This document shows positions 30,021-40,530 of a stretch of 64,000 nt of DNA, piece by piece; position 1 is the first letter of the stretch; the number at the start of each line of letters is the position of its first letter. This DNA comes from Fervidicoccaceae archaeon (lineage in GTDB: Archaea > Thermoproteota > Thermoprotei_A > Sulfolobales > Fervidicoccaceae), in assembly GCA_038734945.1 (NCBI GenBank), contig JAVYOA010000002.1:186001-250000 (forward strand), given 5' to 3'. The notes below the pieces were generated by a model. The model saw only the letters and a list, made by a program, of their open reading frames with translations, was not told the origin of the DNA and ran no database searches. Made by a program: the position numbers and the translations under genes.

Positions 30021-30079
30021 TTGGAAAGCCCTTCTCTCTAAAAATATGTGGAGAAGAAATTAAAAAGGTAGGGGATTAT

Positions 30080-30757
30080 TCACTTGATATCTCCGCCGTG
30101 GAACCTCTCCAGAACATCTGCAGGCGCTATGAGCCTTGCTCCTCTGCTTGCCTCATGTCTCTTCTTCTTCTCTCTCTCCTTTTGCTTCTTCTTGAACTTG
30201 TATGCTACCGTGTTCTTCAGTCCTCTGCTCTTTCTGAGACCCCTCATTTTCTTGCCTGCACTTGTCAAGGCCCTGAAGGCTCTTCCACGATTGCTCGGTT
30301 CTGCTATCCATTTTAGCTGCGGGTCATTTTTTATTGATGGGTGATTCGGATCTACGAGGATTACCTCATACCACTTGCTCTGCCCGTCTTCTCCCACATA
30401 GTAGCTATTCAGAACCTCCATGTTCGGATACTTCTTTGCTGCCCTCTCCTCGGCAATGAGCCTCAAGCTCTTAGCGACAGCGTAACCATAAACTCCGTAC
30501 CTCTTTGGTCTCCTTCCCTTGTTAGGTCTAGGTCTCCTCTGTCCCCCCTTTCTGACTCTGACTCTCACAACTATTATTCCCTGCTTAGCTTTATAGCCAA
30601 GAGCTCTTGCTCTGTCCAGCCTTGTTGGCTTGCTAATTCTTATGACCTTTACCTGTCTTCTCCATCTTATCATTCTCTCTCTGAGAACTCTGCCAAATTC
30701 TCCTGCATATGGCCTCTTCCACTGCAGTGATATGTAGTGATATGCGGACTTGGCCAT
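30080..30757 (-). CDS. rpl15e: 50S ribosomal protein L15e
   Basis: [39 protein letters not shown]. Confidence 0.97.
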   Translation of the reverse strand: MAKSAYHYISLQWKRPYAGEFGRVLRERMIRWRRQVKVIRISKPTRLDRARALGYKAKQGIIVVRVRVRKGGQRRPRPNKGRRPKRYGVYGYAVAKSLRLIAEERAAKKYPNMEVLNSYYVGEDGQSKWYEVILVDPNHPSIKNDPQLKWIAEPSNRGRAFRALTSAGKKMRGLRKSRGLKNTVAYKFKKKQKEREKKKRHEASRGARLIAPADVLERFHGGDIK

Positions 30758-30858
30758 TTGATATGCACCAACGATTAAACAGCTATCTAGTAGTTTTTCA
30801 AAAGCGTTTATAAGGTTAACAGGGGATGCGAAGGATATTCCAATTCGTGAGCTCTCCT

Positions 30859-31539
30859 TTATCCCATAGCGGACGTTATGTTCATGAGCTCTGGTCCTGT
30901 TGTTGTTCCACCTATGAGAATTCCGCTATTGTTCATGACTATTCCAACCTTGACAAAGCCAACTCCTTCATTGACTGTTGCATGTACTGTAGTGACCTTG
31001 AGCTCATTGCTTATCATCAGAGCTTCAGAGTCATTTATCATTGGATGTATGAATGCTAGCTTATCGTTCGTCACAATCATTGAGCCAACTATTGGAAGAC
31101 CTAGGTAGGACCTCCTGAAAACGGTCAAGCCAAGCGAGGATGATATTTCCTTCTCAGCATCCTTCTCAAATGAATCGGAAATGTATGCTGCCTTATTGTT
31201 CACTGAAATTAAATTACCCAATGCCGTGTGCTTAGTTTTAATAATAGCAATTCTTATGGATCCTTCAAGAACTTCTTTCAGGGAATCGAGCTCTTCCTGC
31301 TTTATTATATCTGGAATCAATAAGCAGGAATCATTTCCAGCAACCAGCACTCCGATTATGTGCATCCCTGCAATGGTTGTCTCAACCGGATCAACCTGAA
31401 GCGTATCAGCTATTGCCCTCTTTGTGGCCTTGGAGATGTTAGGAGGAACAAGTGCTATCTTGTTGTTAGCAAAAAGAAAGACACCTATGTTCGGGTTTCT
31501 ATATATGTTGAGCTTTGAAATATTCATGAATGGTAACAC
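30859..31539 (-). CDS. eif6: Translation initiation factor 6
   Basis: [30 protein letters not shown]. Confidence 0.95.
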   Translation of the reverse strand: MLPFMNISKLNIYRNPNIGVFLFANNKIALVPPNISKATKRAIADTLQVDPVETTIAGMHIIGVLVAGNDSCLLIPDIIKQEELDSLKEVLEGSIRIAIIKTKHTALGNLISVNNKAAYISDSFEKDAEKEISSSLGLTVFRRSYLGLPIVGSMIVTNDKLAFIHPMINDSEALMISNELKVTTVHATVNEGVGFVKVGIVMNNSGILIGGTTTGPELMNITSAMG

Positions 31540-31623
31540 CGTTGCCGTAGGAAATTCTCAATTGGCTATAAAATAATGATATGAAACGTATAAATATAGT
31601 TTTTTGATTTATTATATTCCCTT

Positions 31624-31953
31624 TCACGCAGAAGATTGCTTGCTCTCTTCCTTGATCGGCTCCGGAAGTGTTACTTTGACAAGTTTGGGGATCCTCACCG
31701 TCTTCCCATCCTTTGTCTTTATTTCCTCCGATTCTTCAATTGATATAAGCACTTTTACCTTCCTTGGAGGTTTCTCAATCCCTCTTTTCCAGATGAGTTT
31801 GTTCAGCTTCTCATCAATGAGCACTCGCTCTGCATGGGTTCTCCTCTTTATCAGATCCCTCAAATATCTCACTGCCCGTGCTGCTCTCTTTGTTCTTCTA
31901 GTTGTGTATACCTTTGATAGATTAAGAGTTAGCTCCAGCCTGTTGCCCTTCAT
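31624..31953 (-). CDS. rpl31e: 50S ribosomal protein L31e
   Basis: RTKRAARAVR...LNKLIWKRGIEKPPRKVKV. Confidence 0.95.
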   Translation of the reverse strand: MKGNRLELTLNLSKVYTTRRTKRAARAVRYLRDLIKRRTHAERVLIDEKLNKLIWKRGIEKPPRKVKVLISIEESEEIKTKDGKTVRIPKLVKVTLPEPIKEESKQSSA

Positions 31954-31967
31954 TACCAGCTTTCACC

Positions 31968-32123
31968 TCATACCTTTAGCTTTGTTCTCCTCCAATTCCT
32001 CCTCTTAAAATTGAATCTAACTTTTCGCAGGGTTTTCACAGATACCCAGACAGGAATGGGTTGGTTTGATTTCAGTGCCTTAGCCAGCCTTAACTTCTTT
32101 CCAAGAGGCTTGTAATGAGCCAT
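31968..32123 (-). CDS. rpl39e: 50S ribosomal protein L39e (absent from ORF track, 51 aa)
   Basis: Manual translation [51 protein letters not shown]; canonical position before rpl31e. Confidence 0.96.
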   Translation of the reverse strand: MAHYKPLGKKLRLAKALKSNQPIPVWVSVKTLRKVRFNFKRRNWRRTKLKV

Positions 32124-32141
32124 AAATTAAACACCCCTGGT

Positions 32142-32492
32142 CTATTCCTTCTCCCTAATTTTTATATTATAATCCTTTCTGGATCGGGAATAGATGTCCT
32201 GAAGGATTTCCCTGAGCTGCTCATCAGATATTGGCTCAGAAATTCTGCCGCTCTGAGCTAGCAATATCAGCTGCTCCTCTATAAGCTGGGCTATCTCTGG
32301 TCGAACTAGCTTCACATTATTAAGCCTGTTCCTTGCCTCAGGCGTCAAAATTTTCCTCAGGATCTCTTGCTTTTGTGCCTCGAGCTCTGCTCTTCTCCTC
32401 CTTTCTTCCTCCGCACTCATTCTTCTCTGGAGCTCCAACAGCTTTCTCCTCTGAATTTCAGCCAGTTCCTCGTCGTATTCCTCTTCTCCCAC
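32142..32492 (-). CDS. PDCD5-like DNA-binding protein
   Basis: [19 protein letters not shown]...[10 protein letters not shown]. Confidence 0.93.
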   Translation of the reverse strand: MGEEEYDEELAEIQRRKLLELQRRMSAEEERRRRAELEAQKQEILRKILTPEARNRLNNVKLVRPEIAQLIEEQLILLAQSGRISEPISDEQLREILQDIYSRSRKDYNIKIREKE

Positions 32493-32553
32493 TTTTCTAC
32501 ACCCTTATTATTGCATCTTTTGGCAGTATTGAGCTATTAAACTTCGCCTCTCT

Positions 32554-33030
32554 CTATTCAAAATATCTTTTCAGCTCGGGATTCCTCTCTACTAGCTCCT
32601 TCATTATCTCCTTGCTTATTCTATCGAGCATTGAAATTGCTGTTGGTGTGAGCTTTCTTCCGGCTCCCGGAACTCTCATCACCAAACCAGCAGATTCCAG
32701 CTGCTTCAAAATGTTTCTTATGATTGACCTGGATGCCCTTCTGAAGTGTGGGGGACTGCTTCCAAATCTCTTCCTTCCTCCATAGATAACGCTGAATGTA
32801 CCTATTCCCACCGGCTCAGCTGACCTATATAGCTTCCTTAAAATCGATGCTGCTCTTACATACCACCAATCTTCCTGGACTGGAGGAAATTCCTTGCCGC
32901 TCCCGGTTTTAACGAATCTTGCCCAATCTGGAGGAAAGATCTTGCTTCCATATTCTTCCTTCAGCCTTACAGCTACTCTCCTTATCAACTCGTCAGCAGG
33001 CACTTGCATAACTGAAACCATTTCTTTCAC
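32554..33030 (-). CDS. rps19e: 30S ribosomal protein S19e
   Basis: PPDWARFVKTG, WWYVRAASILRKLY. Confidence 0.97.
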   Translation of the reverse strand: MKEMVSVMQVPADELIRRVAVRLKEEYGSKIFPPDWARFVKTGSGKEFPPVQEDWWYVRAASILRKLYRSAEPVGIGTFSVIYGGRKRFGSSPPHFRRASRSIIRNILKQLESAGLVMRVPGAGRKLTPTAISMLDRISKEIMKELVERNPELKRYFE

Positions 33031-33113
33031 CTTATGTGCTACCTACTGTTTCATGCAGCACGGGTTTACTTGCTGTTCAAGGTTTTTATATTTTAATACT
33101 GCTTGAAATTGAG

Positions 33114-33797
33114 TCATTCCCCAAAGGCTCTATCCCCAGCATCTCCCAGGCCGGGAACTATGTAGCCCTTCTCATTGAGCTCTGGATCAACATCTATTGT
33201 GTATATCATGGAGCTGGGATAAGCCTCGAGGAACCTCCTTATTGCTAGCTCAGTTGATATGACGTTAGCAAGTATTATCCTTTTTGGCTTTGCCCCCCTC
33301 CTCATCAGCTCGTTCATAACTGCTATAGCTGTTGAACCTGTGGCGAACATTGGATCGGCGATTATCAAATTATCATCTGAGTTTATCTTTGGAAACTTCA
33401 CATATTTTATTTCTATGTTGAACCACTTGTCAGAGCTCATTCCAAGCTCTTCAACTCTTCTGGCACTGACTACTCCCTGCCTTGCTCCGGGTATTATCTT
33501 TATCATTCCCTCAACCAGGGGCATTGATGCTCTTAGCACCTGAACTATCACTACATTATCCATGTCAGGTATCCTGATGCCAGATGCTTTAACTCCGAGG
33601 GGAGTTTCCACAGTGGTTTGTTCGAGTGGAAAGTCTTCCACAATCCTGTAGGCGAGAAATATTCCTAATCTTACAAGACCTCTTCTGAACTCAATTTGCT
33701 TTGTGTTCTTGTCTCTCAAGGTTGTTAGAATTGCTTTTGCCAGAGGATGAGTTACAAATTTTACCCTTTCATCAAATTCTATTCTCAAGTCAAGCAC
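33114..33797 (-). CDS. upp: Uracil phosphoribosyltransferase
   Basis: LRDKNT, VLRAS, DPMFATGST, YIVPGLGDAGDRAFG. Confidence 0.96.
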   Translation of the reverse strand: MLDLRIEFDERVKFVTHPLAKAILTTLRDKNTKQIEFRRGLVRLGIFLAYRIVEDFPLEQTTVETPLGVKASGIRIPDMDNVVIVQVLRASMPLVEGMIKIIPGARQGVVSARRVEELGMSSDKWFNIEIKYVKFPKINSDDNLIIADPMFATGSTAIAVMNELMRRGAKPKRIILANVISTELAIRRFLEAYPSSMIYTIDVDPELNEKGYIVPGLGDAGDRAFGE

Positions 33798-33966
33798 CTT
33801 TCTTTTTTTGAGAATCAGGCATTATAAGATTTCTCATTGCTTCAGCCATTGTTTTTATAAATATGAAGGAGTTAATGCAGATGCTTAACTTAATGTATTC
33901 GAGCTCAAAATACACAACTATATGCTAACGAAAACAATATGAAAGGAACATTTGCATCTGAAAATT

Positions 33967-34425
33967 TTATCTGCTCTGTGATACTATTAGCTTGGCTGCC
34001 TCTGGGTCGTATTCCCAGTTCTGAGGTAGAACTCCCTTCCTCTTGTAATAGGTTGCCAGTCTCCTTATTTTGGACTCGACCTCCTGAAGCCCTTTCTTCA
34101 CGTTTTCATCCTTTGGATGTTCGGACAGATGCCTCCTTATGTTTACAGCCCTTCTCATCAGATTGTAGAGGTCCTCAGGAATGGGGGGAAGCAGCTTTTT
34201 TTCCTTCAGTATCTGGGTTATTTTTTTGTTCGTAATCGATTTCACGAGTGGTATTCCATATTGGTCTCTCAGAATTATTCCTATCATTGATGGAGGGTAG
34301 CCCCTTCTTGCCAATTCAGCAACGAGCTCCTCCACTTCCTCTGGCTCCAAGCGAAGCCATTTAGGCACTCCCACCCTGACAGGACGCATGCTGTGAGATT
34401 TTCCCTTTTCTCTCGATTTGTTCAT
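33967..34425 (-). CDS. rps15: 30S ribosomal protein S15 (S13e/uS15)
   Basis: [33 protein letters not shown]. Confidence 0.97.
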   Translation of the reverse strand: MNKSREKGKSHSMRPVRVGVPKWLRLEPEEVEELVAELARRGYPPSMIGIILRDQYGIPLVKSITNKKITQILKEKKLLPPIPEDLYNLMRRAVNIRRHLSEHPKDENVKKGLQEVESKIRRLATYYKRKGVLPQNWEYDPEAAKLIVSQSR

Positions 34426-34492
34426 AGCATCTCAGCCCTTAAAGCATCTGCCAAAAAATTGGCCTTTTGAGATTATAAGCATTCTGATCGCG

Positions 34493-34711
34493 CTGACCTA
34501 AATTCCGCACTAAAGTGCAGGGTTCCTTGGGAGGCTTAGAGCTGCATTCTTAGCGAAGAATTGGTTAAGCTCTGCACAAGGTCTTATAGAATCACCTCTA
34601 CCCTGCATAATGCAGAGCTAATGGAAATGCTATCCTTCAGAGTTTTTGGAACATATAGAGCTTAAAACCTTACCACACCCTCTCCGTCCTAAAGAGAGGA
34701 AGCTTTCAGTC
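34493..34711 (-). mobile_element. Non-autonomous IS200/IS605-family element (MITE-like) with putative omega-RNA scaffold remnant
   Basis: Minus strand begins TTGC|GACTGAAAGCTTCCTCTCTTTAGGACGGAGAGG and ends GGAACCCTGCACTTTAGTGCGGAATTTAGGTCAG; both ends resemble the cleaner copy at 50222-50266; no tnpA/tnpB ORF. Confidence 0.68.
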
Positions 34712-34734
34712 GCAAGATTAAAAAGAAACGTGTT

Positions 34735-35154
34735 TTAGAGGAGCTCCGATGGCGAGAAGAAGATTCTGTATTCTCTCTCAAAGCTCTCCTTCGAATCTGA
34801 AGCATGTACTACGTTTTCCTGTATGTCCAAGGCATAGTCTCCTCTGATTGTACCAGGAGCAGCCTTCCTACCGTCCGTTGAGCCTATCATCAGCCTAACA
34901 ACATCGATCGCCGAATCTCCCTCAAGAACCATAACAACTACTGGTCCTCTGGTAGCAAAATCAACCAGATCCTTGAAGAATGGCTTCTCCCTATGGGGTG
35001 AATAGAGGGATTCTGCCTGCTCTCTGGACATCTTCAGCATCTTCAGAGCAACAATTCGGAAGCCTTTTCTCTCGAATCTTGATATGATCTCCCCTACAAG
35101 CTTTCTTTCCACTGCATCTGGCTTGATCATGAGAAAAGTTCGCTCAAGCGCCAT
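34735..35154 (-). CDS. ndk: Nucleoside diphosphate kinase
   Basis: [23 protein letters not shown]. Confidence 0.97.
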   Translation of the reverse strand: MALERTFLMIKPDAVERKLVGEIISRFERKGFRIVALKMLKMSREQAESLYSPHREKPFFKDLVDFATRGPVVVMVLEGDSAIDVVRLMIGSTDGRKAAPGTIRGDYALDIQENVVHASDSKESFEREYRIFFSPSELL

Positions 35155-35160
35155 GGAAAT

Positions 35161-35349
35161 TTACCTCCCTGCTTGAGAGGCCCTAGCTGTCCACTTGAGC
35201 TTCTCTGGCTTTCTGTTCATTACAATCATGTTCTTGTAGCATTTCCTACTACAGAACCACTGCACGCTTCCGTCCAATCTGACAAACATGAAACCTGTTC
35301 CCGGAGCAATCTCCTTCCCGCAGAATGAGCATTTTATGAGTTTGGGCAT
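35161..35349 (-). CDS. rpl24e: 50S ribosomal protein L24e
   Basis: CSFCG..IAPGTG...FCSRKC...KWT. Confidence 0.96.
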   Translation of the reverse strand: MPKLIKCSFCGKEIAPGTGFMFVRLDGSVQWFCSRKCYKNMIVMNRKPEKLKWTARASQAGR

Positions 35350-35366
35350 CTAGCAACTACCTCCTC

Positions 35367-35606
35367 TCATTTTCCTGAGAGCCTTCTTGCCTCTCTCTCT
35401 GTTTCCCTTAGTATCAGGATATCTCCTATCCTGACAGGACCCTTTACGTTCCTAGTGAGTATCCTTCCCTTGTCCCTTCCTTCAAGAACTCTGACTCTGA
35501 CCTGAATGATCTCTCCAGTAACCCCAGTCCTGCCTATTATCTGTATGACTTCAGCTGGATAGCCAAATTCTTCTATTACAGCGGATCTTTCCTCCTTCAA
35601 ACTCAT
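35367..35606 (-). CDS. rps28e: 30S ribosomal protein S28e
   Basis: GRTGVTGE...[20 protein letters not shown]. Confidence 0.97.
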   Translation of the reverse strand: MSLKEERSAVIEEFGYPAEVIQIIGRTGVTGEIIQVRVRVLEGRDKGRILTRNVKGPVRIGDILILRETEREARRLSGK

Positions 35607-35694
35607 TTTTGCTTTACCTCGTCAATCATTCCTAGGTTTATCCCTCAGATTATAAATTTTGAGGTTATGAAAAAATTGTGTTGATTTTTTCCTC

Positions 35695-36078
35695 TCAGCT
35701 AGACTTTGACTTGAGCTCGCTTACCTTAGATATTAGATCATTGAGCTCCTGCTTGGCTTCTCCTGGCTCAAGAACAGCGACAGCAGCAGATTGAACTTCG
35801 ATACCAGCGGCTTCTCCCAGCCTCTTCTTGCTAGGAACGTAAACGTATGGTATCTTCTTCTCCTCGCAAAGCAGGGGAAGATGGGCAACTACTTCAGGAG
35901 GATCGACGTCCTCTGCAATAACTACGAGCTTGGCAACTCCCCTTTCAACAGCCTTTGTTGTCTCGTTTGTCCCCTTCTTCACCTTCCCTCCCGAGGACCT
36001 TGCTTTTTCGACTAACTTGTATGCCTGTTCTGCAAGCTCCGGTGGAACTTGGAATCTCACATAGAAAGGTTTTGACAT
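35695..36078 (-). CDS. rpl7ae: 50S ribosomal protein L7Ae
   Basis: [26 protein letters not shown]. Confidence 0.97.
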   Translation of the reverse strand: MSKPFYVRFQVPPELAEQAYKLVEKARSSGGKVKKGTNETTKAVERGVAKLVVIAEDVDPPEVVAHLPLLCEEKKIPYVYVPSKKRLGEAAGIEVQSAAVAVLEPGEAKQELNDLISKVSELKSKSS

Positions 36079-36196
36079 GGTCTATTCATCTCCCTCTCTC
36101 ATTATTCGAGGGGGCTTATTTCATCCCCAAAGAGGCTATGTCGAAATGGGGTTTATTAGTTTAAGCTTGCACTGGATCACTAAAATGAGAGAAATT

Positions 36197-37960
36197 TCAT
36201 TCGTGAGTGTAGATGAAGGTTGCTACTGGAGATAGGGATTTCAGGACAGCAAATCCGATTCTCACAAGTTGAACATTTTTTCCAAGGAAATTCCGCAGCT
36301 TTTCTCCATCCTCCACTGCCCCCTCCCTGTAGTCTGGGCTTTTACTATTACTTTTTTTATTAGTATCAAATATTGTTGCCAGCTTTGCATTCTTCTTCTG
36401 CACCCACTGAACAATGCTTAGCTCCTTTTCCCTAGCATATGAAAGCTCCTTGGATATCATCACCAGCTTTCCACCATCTATTCTGTAGTTTCCAAGCTCC
36501 ATTAGTCTGAGCTCTCCATTCCTCTCCTTCAGAGCGTATTCATAGTCTTGTTTCGATATCAATATTCTATCGCCCGAACAAACGGTGAATTCTCTGCTAC
36601 CCAGCTCTGCCCTATCAGGATGATAGGGGATCCTGGTTGTGATGCAGCCTTCCTCTTCCCTGTTCTCTATTATCAGCTCAATTGGCTCCTCAACGAACAT
36701 CAGTCTAGGAGATACCGGATCGATTATCTTCCTGTTCTCCGATGCTAAATTTGCGAAGCTTATGCTTGCGTCGGATTGCTTAGCTCCAACGGTCATTATC
36801 ACGCTTCTAATTGCCTCTGCTTTTATTCCTCTCTCTCTCAGACCCATTATGGTTCCGAATCTCGGATCATCTGGGCCTGAATATGCGCCTCCGCTCTCCT
36901 TTAATATCTTCTTTATCTGGGACTTGCTCATTATGAATTCTTCCAGCCTGAGCCTTCCAAGGTGAATGGCTACTGGCTGCCTCCAGCCAAGATGATCAAA
37001 TAGATGTTTCTGCTTCATTGTGTTCTGAAGGTGCTCCTTTCCTCTAATGATGTGGGTTACTCCCATGAGATAATCATCGACAGCACTAGCAAAGTTGTAG
37101 GTTGGCCAAACGATGTATTTTGATCCTACAATTGGATGCGGATATCTCTCGGTATTGATAATTCTGAACGCTACCCAGTCTATTAAGCTCTTATCGCTAT
37201 AGCTCAGATCGGTTTTAACTCTGAGCACTGCCTCTCCTTCCTTATAGTAACCGGAAAGCATTCTCTCAAAAAGCTCCAAGTTATGCTCAGGAGGCTTATC
37301 TCTGTTTGGATGGATTTCTCCTTTGCTCAGCATTTCCTCATAGTTCTCCTTAGTGGTATCGTCGACAAAGCCTCCTCCTCTCATGATGAGCTCTTTAGCA
37401 ATTTTATAATATATGGGAAGCCTCAAGCTCTGGATATATTCCTCATCCCACTTTACGCCTAGCCATATTAGATCCTCCCTTATCTGCCTGTAAGCATCAA
37501 CCATTGGGGTCTTTATCCTTGGATCTGTGTCTTCAAATCTCAGGATGAACTTCCCGTTGTACATCCTAGCATATTCGTAACTCAAAATTGCTGGCCTCGC
37601 ATTTCCCAAGTGTATGACAAAATCAGGGTTTGGAGCGAACCTTGTTGTTATTCTCTCAAATTTATCAACATCTGGCAAGGGAGGCAGCCTCTTTGCTTCC
37701 TCCTTCTTTTCCTGTTCGAGTTTGATCTCGGGAAACTCGCTCCTGAGCATCTCCTCCTGCTGCTGTCTGCTCATGGAGTTCACTTTCTCAACAGCTCTAG
37801 ATACAATTTCCACCACTTCCCTAGCCCTAGTCTTCAGCTCTGGCTTTTCTCCGAGAACCTTTGATACGACTGCACCAGTTTGGGCTTTTCCTTCATGCTT
37901 TATAGCATTTATAAGTGCATGCTTCAGTGCTATTCTCTCCAGTCCATCCCCTTCCTCCAT
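36197..37960 (-). CDS. gltX: Glutamate--tRNA ligase
   Basis: RFAPNP, HLGN, LRFEDTDP, PTYNFA, THIIRGKEH, MSKS. Confidence 0.96.
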   Translation of the reverse strand: MEEGDGLERIALKHALINAIKHEGKAQTGAVVSKVLGEKPELKTRAREVVEIVSRAVEKVNSMSRQQQEEMLRSEFPEIKLEQEKKEEAKRLPPLPDVDKFERITTRFAPNPDFVIHLGNARPAILSYEYARMYNGKFILRFEDTDPRIKTPMVDAYRQIREDLIWLGVKWDEEYIQSLRLPIYYKIAKELIMRGGGFVDDTTKENYEEMLSKGEIHPNRDKPPEHNLELFERMLSGYYKEGEAVLRVKTDLSYSDKSLIDWVAFRIINTERYPHPIVGSKYIVWPTYNFASAVDDYLMGVTHIIRGKEHLQNTMKQKHLFDHLGWRQPVAIHLGRLRLEEFIMSKSQIKKILKESGGAYSGPDDPRFGTIMGLRERGIKAEAIRSVIMTVGAKQSDASISFANLASENRKIIDPVSPRLMFVEEPIELIIENREEEGCITTRIPYHPDRAELGSREFTVCSGDRILISKQDYEYALKERNGELRLMELGNYRIDGGKLVMISKELSYAREKELSIVQWVQKKNAKLATIFDTNKKSNSKSPDYREGAVEDGEKLRNFLGKNVQLVRIGFAVLKSLSPVATFIYTHE

Positions 37961-38325
37961 GCCTGCTCAACACCTTTGCCTGATCCTCTGTATTAAAAAC
38001 AGAATATATTTCTCTGATTCAGAGGCATATCTTGCTGAACAAGACTAATAACCGTTTCCAACCATAAATTTCTGCAGTTTTTGCTAACATGTTTTTCTTT
38101 CTTCTCCAAGCTTCACATTAGCTATTATCACTCTGAATGAAAGTCATGGAAATTTTTCCAGCTAAATAATCTCTGGGCTTTCCACACAGCTTCCCAGGCT
38201 GATTCCAGACATCCTGCAGAGACTAAAAAACTCAACATAGAACAGACTTCTCATACTCAAACGGAGAGGCTGATTTCTCTGCCAATTTCAGTTCATACAG
38301 CTTCAATGAAGTATTTTGGAAATAA

Positions 38326-39324
38326 TCATTTTCTCCTCTTAATGACAAGATACGCTATGTCCCTAAGGAGAACTAGATAATCATCTTCAGCAAATCCCTT
38401 CAAGCTTTCCAGATTTCTCAGCGCCTCCTCAACAAGCCCTTCAGCTTTCCTCCTTGCATACTCGAGAACACCGAGCTTCTCCATGATCTCAGCAGCTTCT
38501 CTATACTTTTCTCTTTCCAGATCCTTTTTTCCAAGGACATTCTCGATTGTTCTCCTATCATCACCGCTTGCCAGCTCGAGTGCCCTCAGAACGAGAAGAG
38601 TCTTCTTCCCTTCCCTCAGATCGCTATAAACAGGCTTTCCTGTCTCCTCCTCTTTTCCATAGATTCCCAGTATATCATCTACTATCTGGAAGGCCAAACC
38701 GAGATTCTTTCCGAACTCTGATATCTTCTTCAGCTCCCTCTCTTCTGCTCTCCCCAGAACCGCTCCTATATATGTTGATGCCTCAATTAGGGCAGCGGTT
38801 TTTTTGTATATCATTTCCATGTACTGCTCCTCACTCACTCGATCGATTTTCTCGAACATCATATCAAGAGCCTGCCCCTCAGCAACAGTTATGGATGCCC
38901 ATGCTAGCTTTCTTGAGGCTTCAATGCATCTGTAGTTGCTCAATCTCTGTGTGCAATAAGAGAGGGGAACATGGAGGCTAAGGGAGAAAAGAAGATCTCC
39001 AGCCAAAATTGCCACTGGAACACCGTAAAGCTTGTGAACTGTCGGAACACCCCTTCTATATTCATCGTTGTCCATTATATCGTCGTGAATTAGAGTGAAA
39101 TTGTGAAATAGCTCAACTCCAGTAGCAAAGGGTAGCAAATTCTCCTCGCTTGCCCCAAAGGCAAGACCGCTAGCAAAAACTAGGGCTGGTCTGAGCCTCT
39201 TCCCTCCTGCTCTAAATATATGAAAGGAGGCACTGTAGAGCTCCTCTGGATCCCCTTTTATGCTGAGAGCGGTGTCATTGACCATTTTTGCTACTTTATT
39301 GAAGAATTCTCCAAGCTCAATCAA
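38326..39324 (-). CDS. Geranylgeranyl diphosphate synthase (polyprenyl synthetase)
   Basis: GGKRLRP, IHDDIMD..RRG, GQALD, KTAAL, FQIVDD; likely TTG start at 39324 after GGAGGG. Confidence 0.94.
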   Translation of the reverse strand: MIELGEFFNKVAKMVNDTALSIKGDPEELYSASFHIFRAGGKRLRPALVFASGLAFGASEENLLPFATGVELFHNFTLIHDDIMDNDEYRRGVPTVHKLYGVPVAILAGDLLFSLSLHVPLSYCTQRLSNYRCIEASRKLAWASITVAEGQALDMMFEKIDRVSEEQYMEMIYKKTAALIEASTYIGAVLGRAEERELKKISEFGKNLGLAFQIVDDILGIYGKEEETGKPVYSDLREGKKTLLVLRALELASGDDRRTIENVLGKKDLEREKYREAAEIMEKLGVLEYARRKAEGLVEEALRNLESLKGFAEDDYLVLLRDIAYLVIKRRK

Positions 39325-40453
39325 GCTTCTTTCCCTCCATTTTATGTTTTTTTCCAATGAAATTAACATTTTCATTGTAGCTCCTTGAAGAAACGGATAT
39401 CTCCCTCTGTGAAAGCCAGGAAAGTATTTTTGGTCCAAGAACTACTGGCACTTTCTTCAAATCGTCAATGCTCCTTGCTCCAACCAAGAACATAACTCTC
39501 TTCAGAAGATAGATATAGCCAGACACGAGGTCCCTGAGCTCCTTATCGGAGAAAGCAACTGCTTTCAATGCTGGGAGGGCAAATCCTGCAAGGTCAGCGC
39601 CAAGAGCCAGCGATTTTGCAACATCCAGGCCGCTCCTTATCCCTCCGCTGGCTATTATAAAAAGATCTTCCGAAACGCTCCTCGCCTCTAGTATTGAGAT
39701 TGCTGTGGGTATACCCCAGGAAGCAATCTCCTGAATTCCCGGAATTTCGATCCTTTCTCCTTTCTTCTTTCTTCTGATTATCTCGACCTTTACCCAATTT
39801 GTTCCTCCAGCTCCCGAGATGTCGAAGATCTTTACTCCAGCTCCAGCCAGCATGCTGACAGTCTCCCTTGACATTCCACTCCCAGTTTCCTTAACTATTA
39901 TGGGCACTTGAAGAGAATCTACGACCTTTTCTATTTTCTCCAATATTCCCCTTAGGTCTGTGTCTCCCTCGCTCTGAAAGACCTCCTGAGCAGGATTCAG
40001 GTGAATAGCGAGAGCATCGGCCTCTATCATTTCAACTGCTCTTTCAGCTATTTCCACAGCTCTATTTCCAAGCTGCTGAGCGCCTATGTTTGCTATGACT
40101 GGTACGCTCCTTGCCTCCTCCCTCACAACCTTGTAGGTCCATGCAAGCTCCGAATTTTCCAGGGCAGCCCTCTGGCTTCCCACTCCAATAGCTATCTTGA
40201 GTTCTTCAGCTATTCTTGCTAGGTTCCTGTTTATTTCTCCAGCAGCATGATGCCCTCCAGTCATTCCTGTTATCATGAGTGGAGAGCTTAGGCGCTTTCC
40301 GAGGAATGATGTTGAGGTGTCCACTTCATGAAGGCTCATCTCTGGTAGGGATCTGTGTATGAGATTCACTTCTCCAAAGAGGGTATCTCCTGCTTCAACA
40401 TCATCCGAGAGAGCGATGATTATATGATCCAATTTCCTCTCAGCAGTGCCCAT
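39317..40453 (-). CDS. fni: Type 2 isopentenyl-diphosphate delta-isomerase
   Basis: RKLDH, MTGG, GSQR, HLNPAQE, VKETG, GAGGT, SGGIRSG. Confidence 0.96.
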   Translation of the reverse strand: MGTAERKLDHIIIALSDDVEAGDTLFGEVNLIHRSLPEMSLHEVDTSTSFLGKRLSSPLMITGMTGGHHAAGEINRNLARIAEELKIAIGVGSQRAALENSELAWTYKVVREEARSVPVIANIGAQQLGNRAVEIAERAVEMIEADALAIHLNPAQEVFQSEGDTDLRGILEKIEKVVDSLQVPIIVKETGSGMSRETVSMLAGAGVKIFDISGAGGTNWVKVEIIRRKKKGERIEIPGIQEIASWGIPTAISILEARSVSEDLFIIASGGIRSGLDVAKSLALGADLAGFALPALKAVAFSDKELRDLVSGYIYLLKRVMFLVGARSIDDLKKVPVVLGPKILSWLSQREISVSSRSYNENVNFIGKKHKMEGKKLD

Positions 40454-40530
40454 ACAATCACCATTTCTCGCAACATATAGCGCTTTAGTTGTTAAATTTA
40501 AATGTTTTTATGAAGTTCACTGGAAAGCTC

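Noticed and set aside
37961..38325. Hidden gene or pseudogene between gltX and GGPP synthase
   Set aside because: The translations I examined gave only short stop-interrupted peptides with no recognisable motif
39317..39438. 122-bp overlap between fni and GGPP synthase
   Set aside because: Artefact of longest-ORF calling; a TTG start with RBS at 39324 gives an ordinary 8-bp overlap
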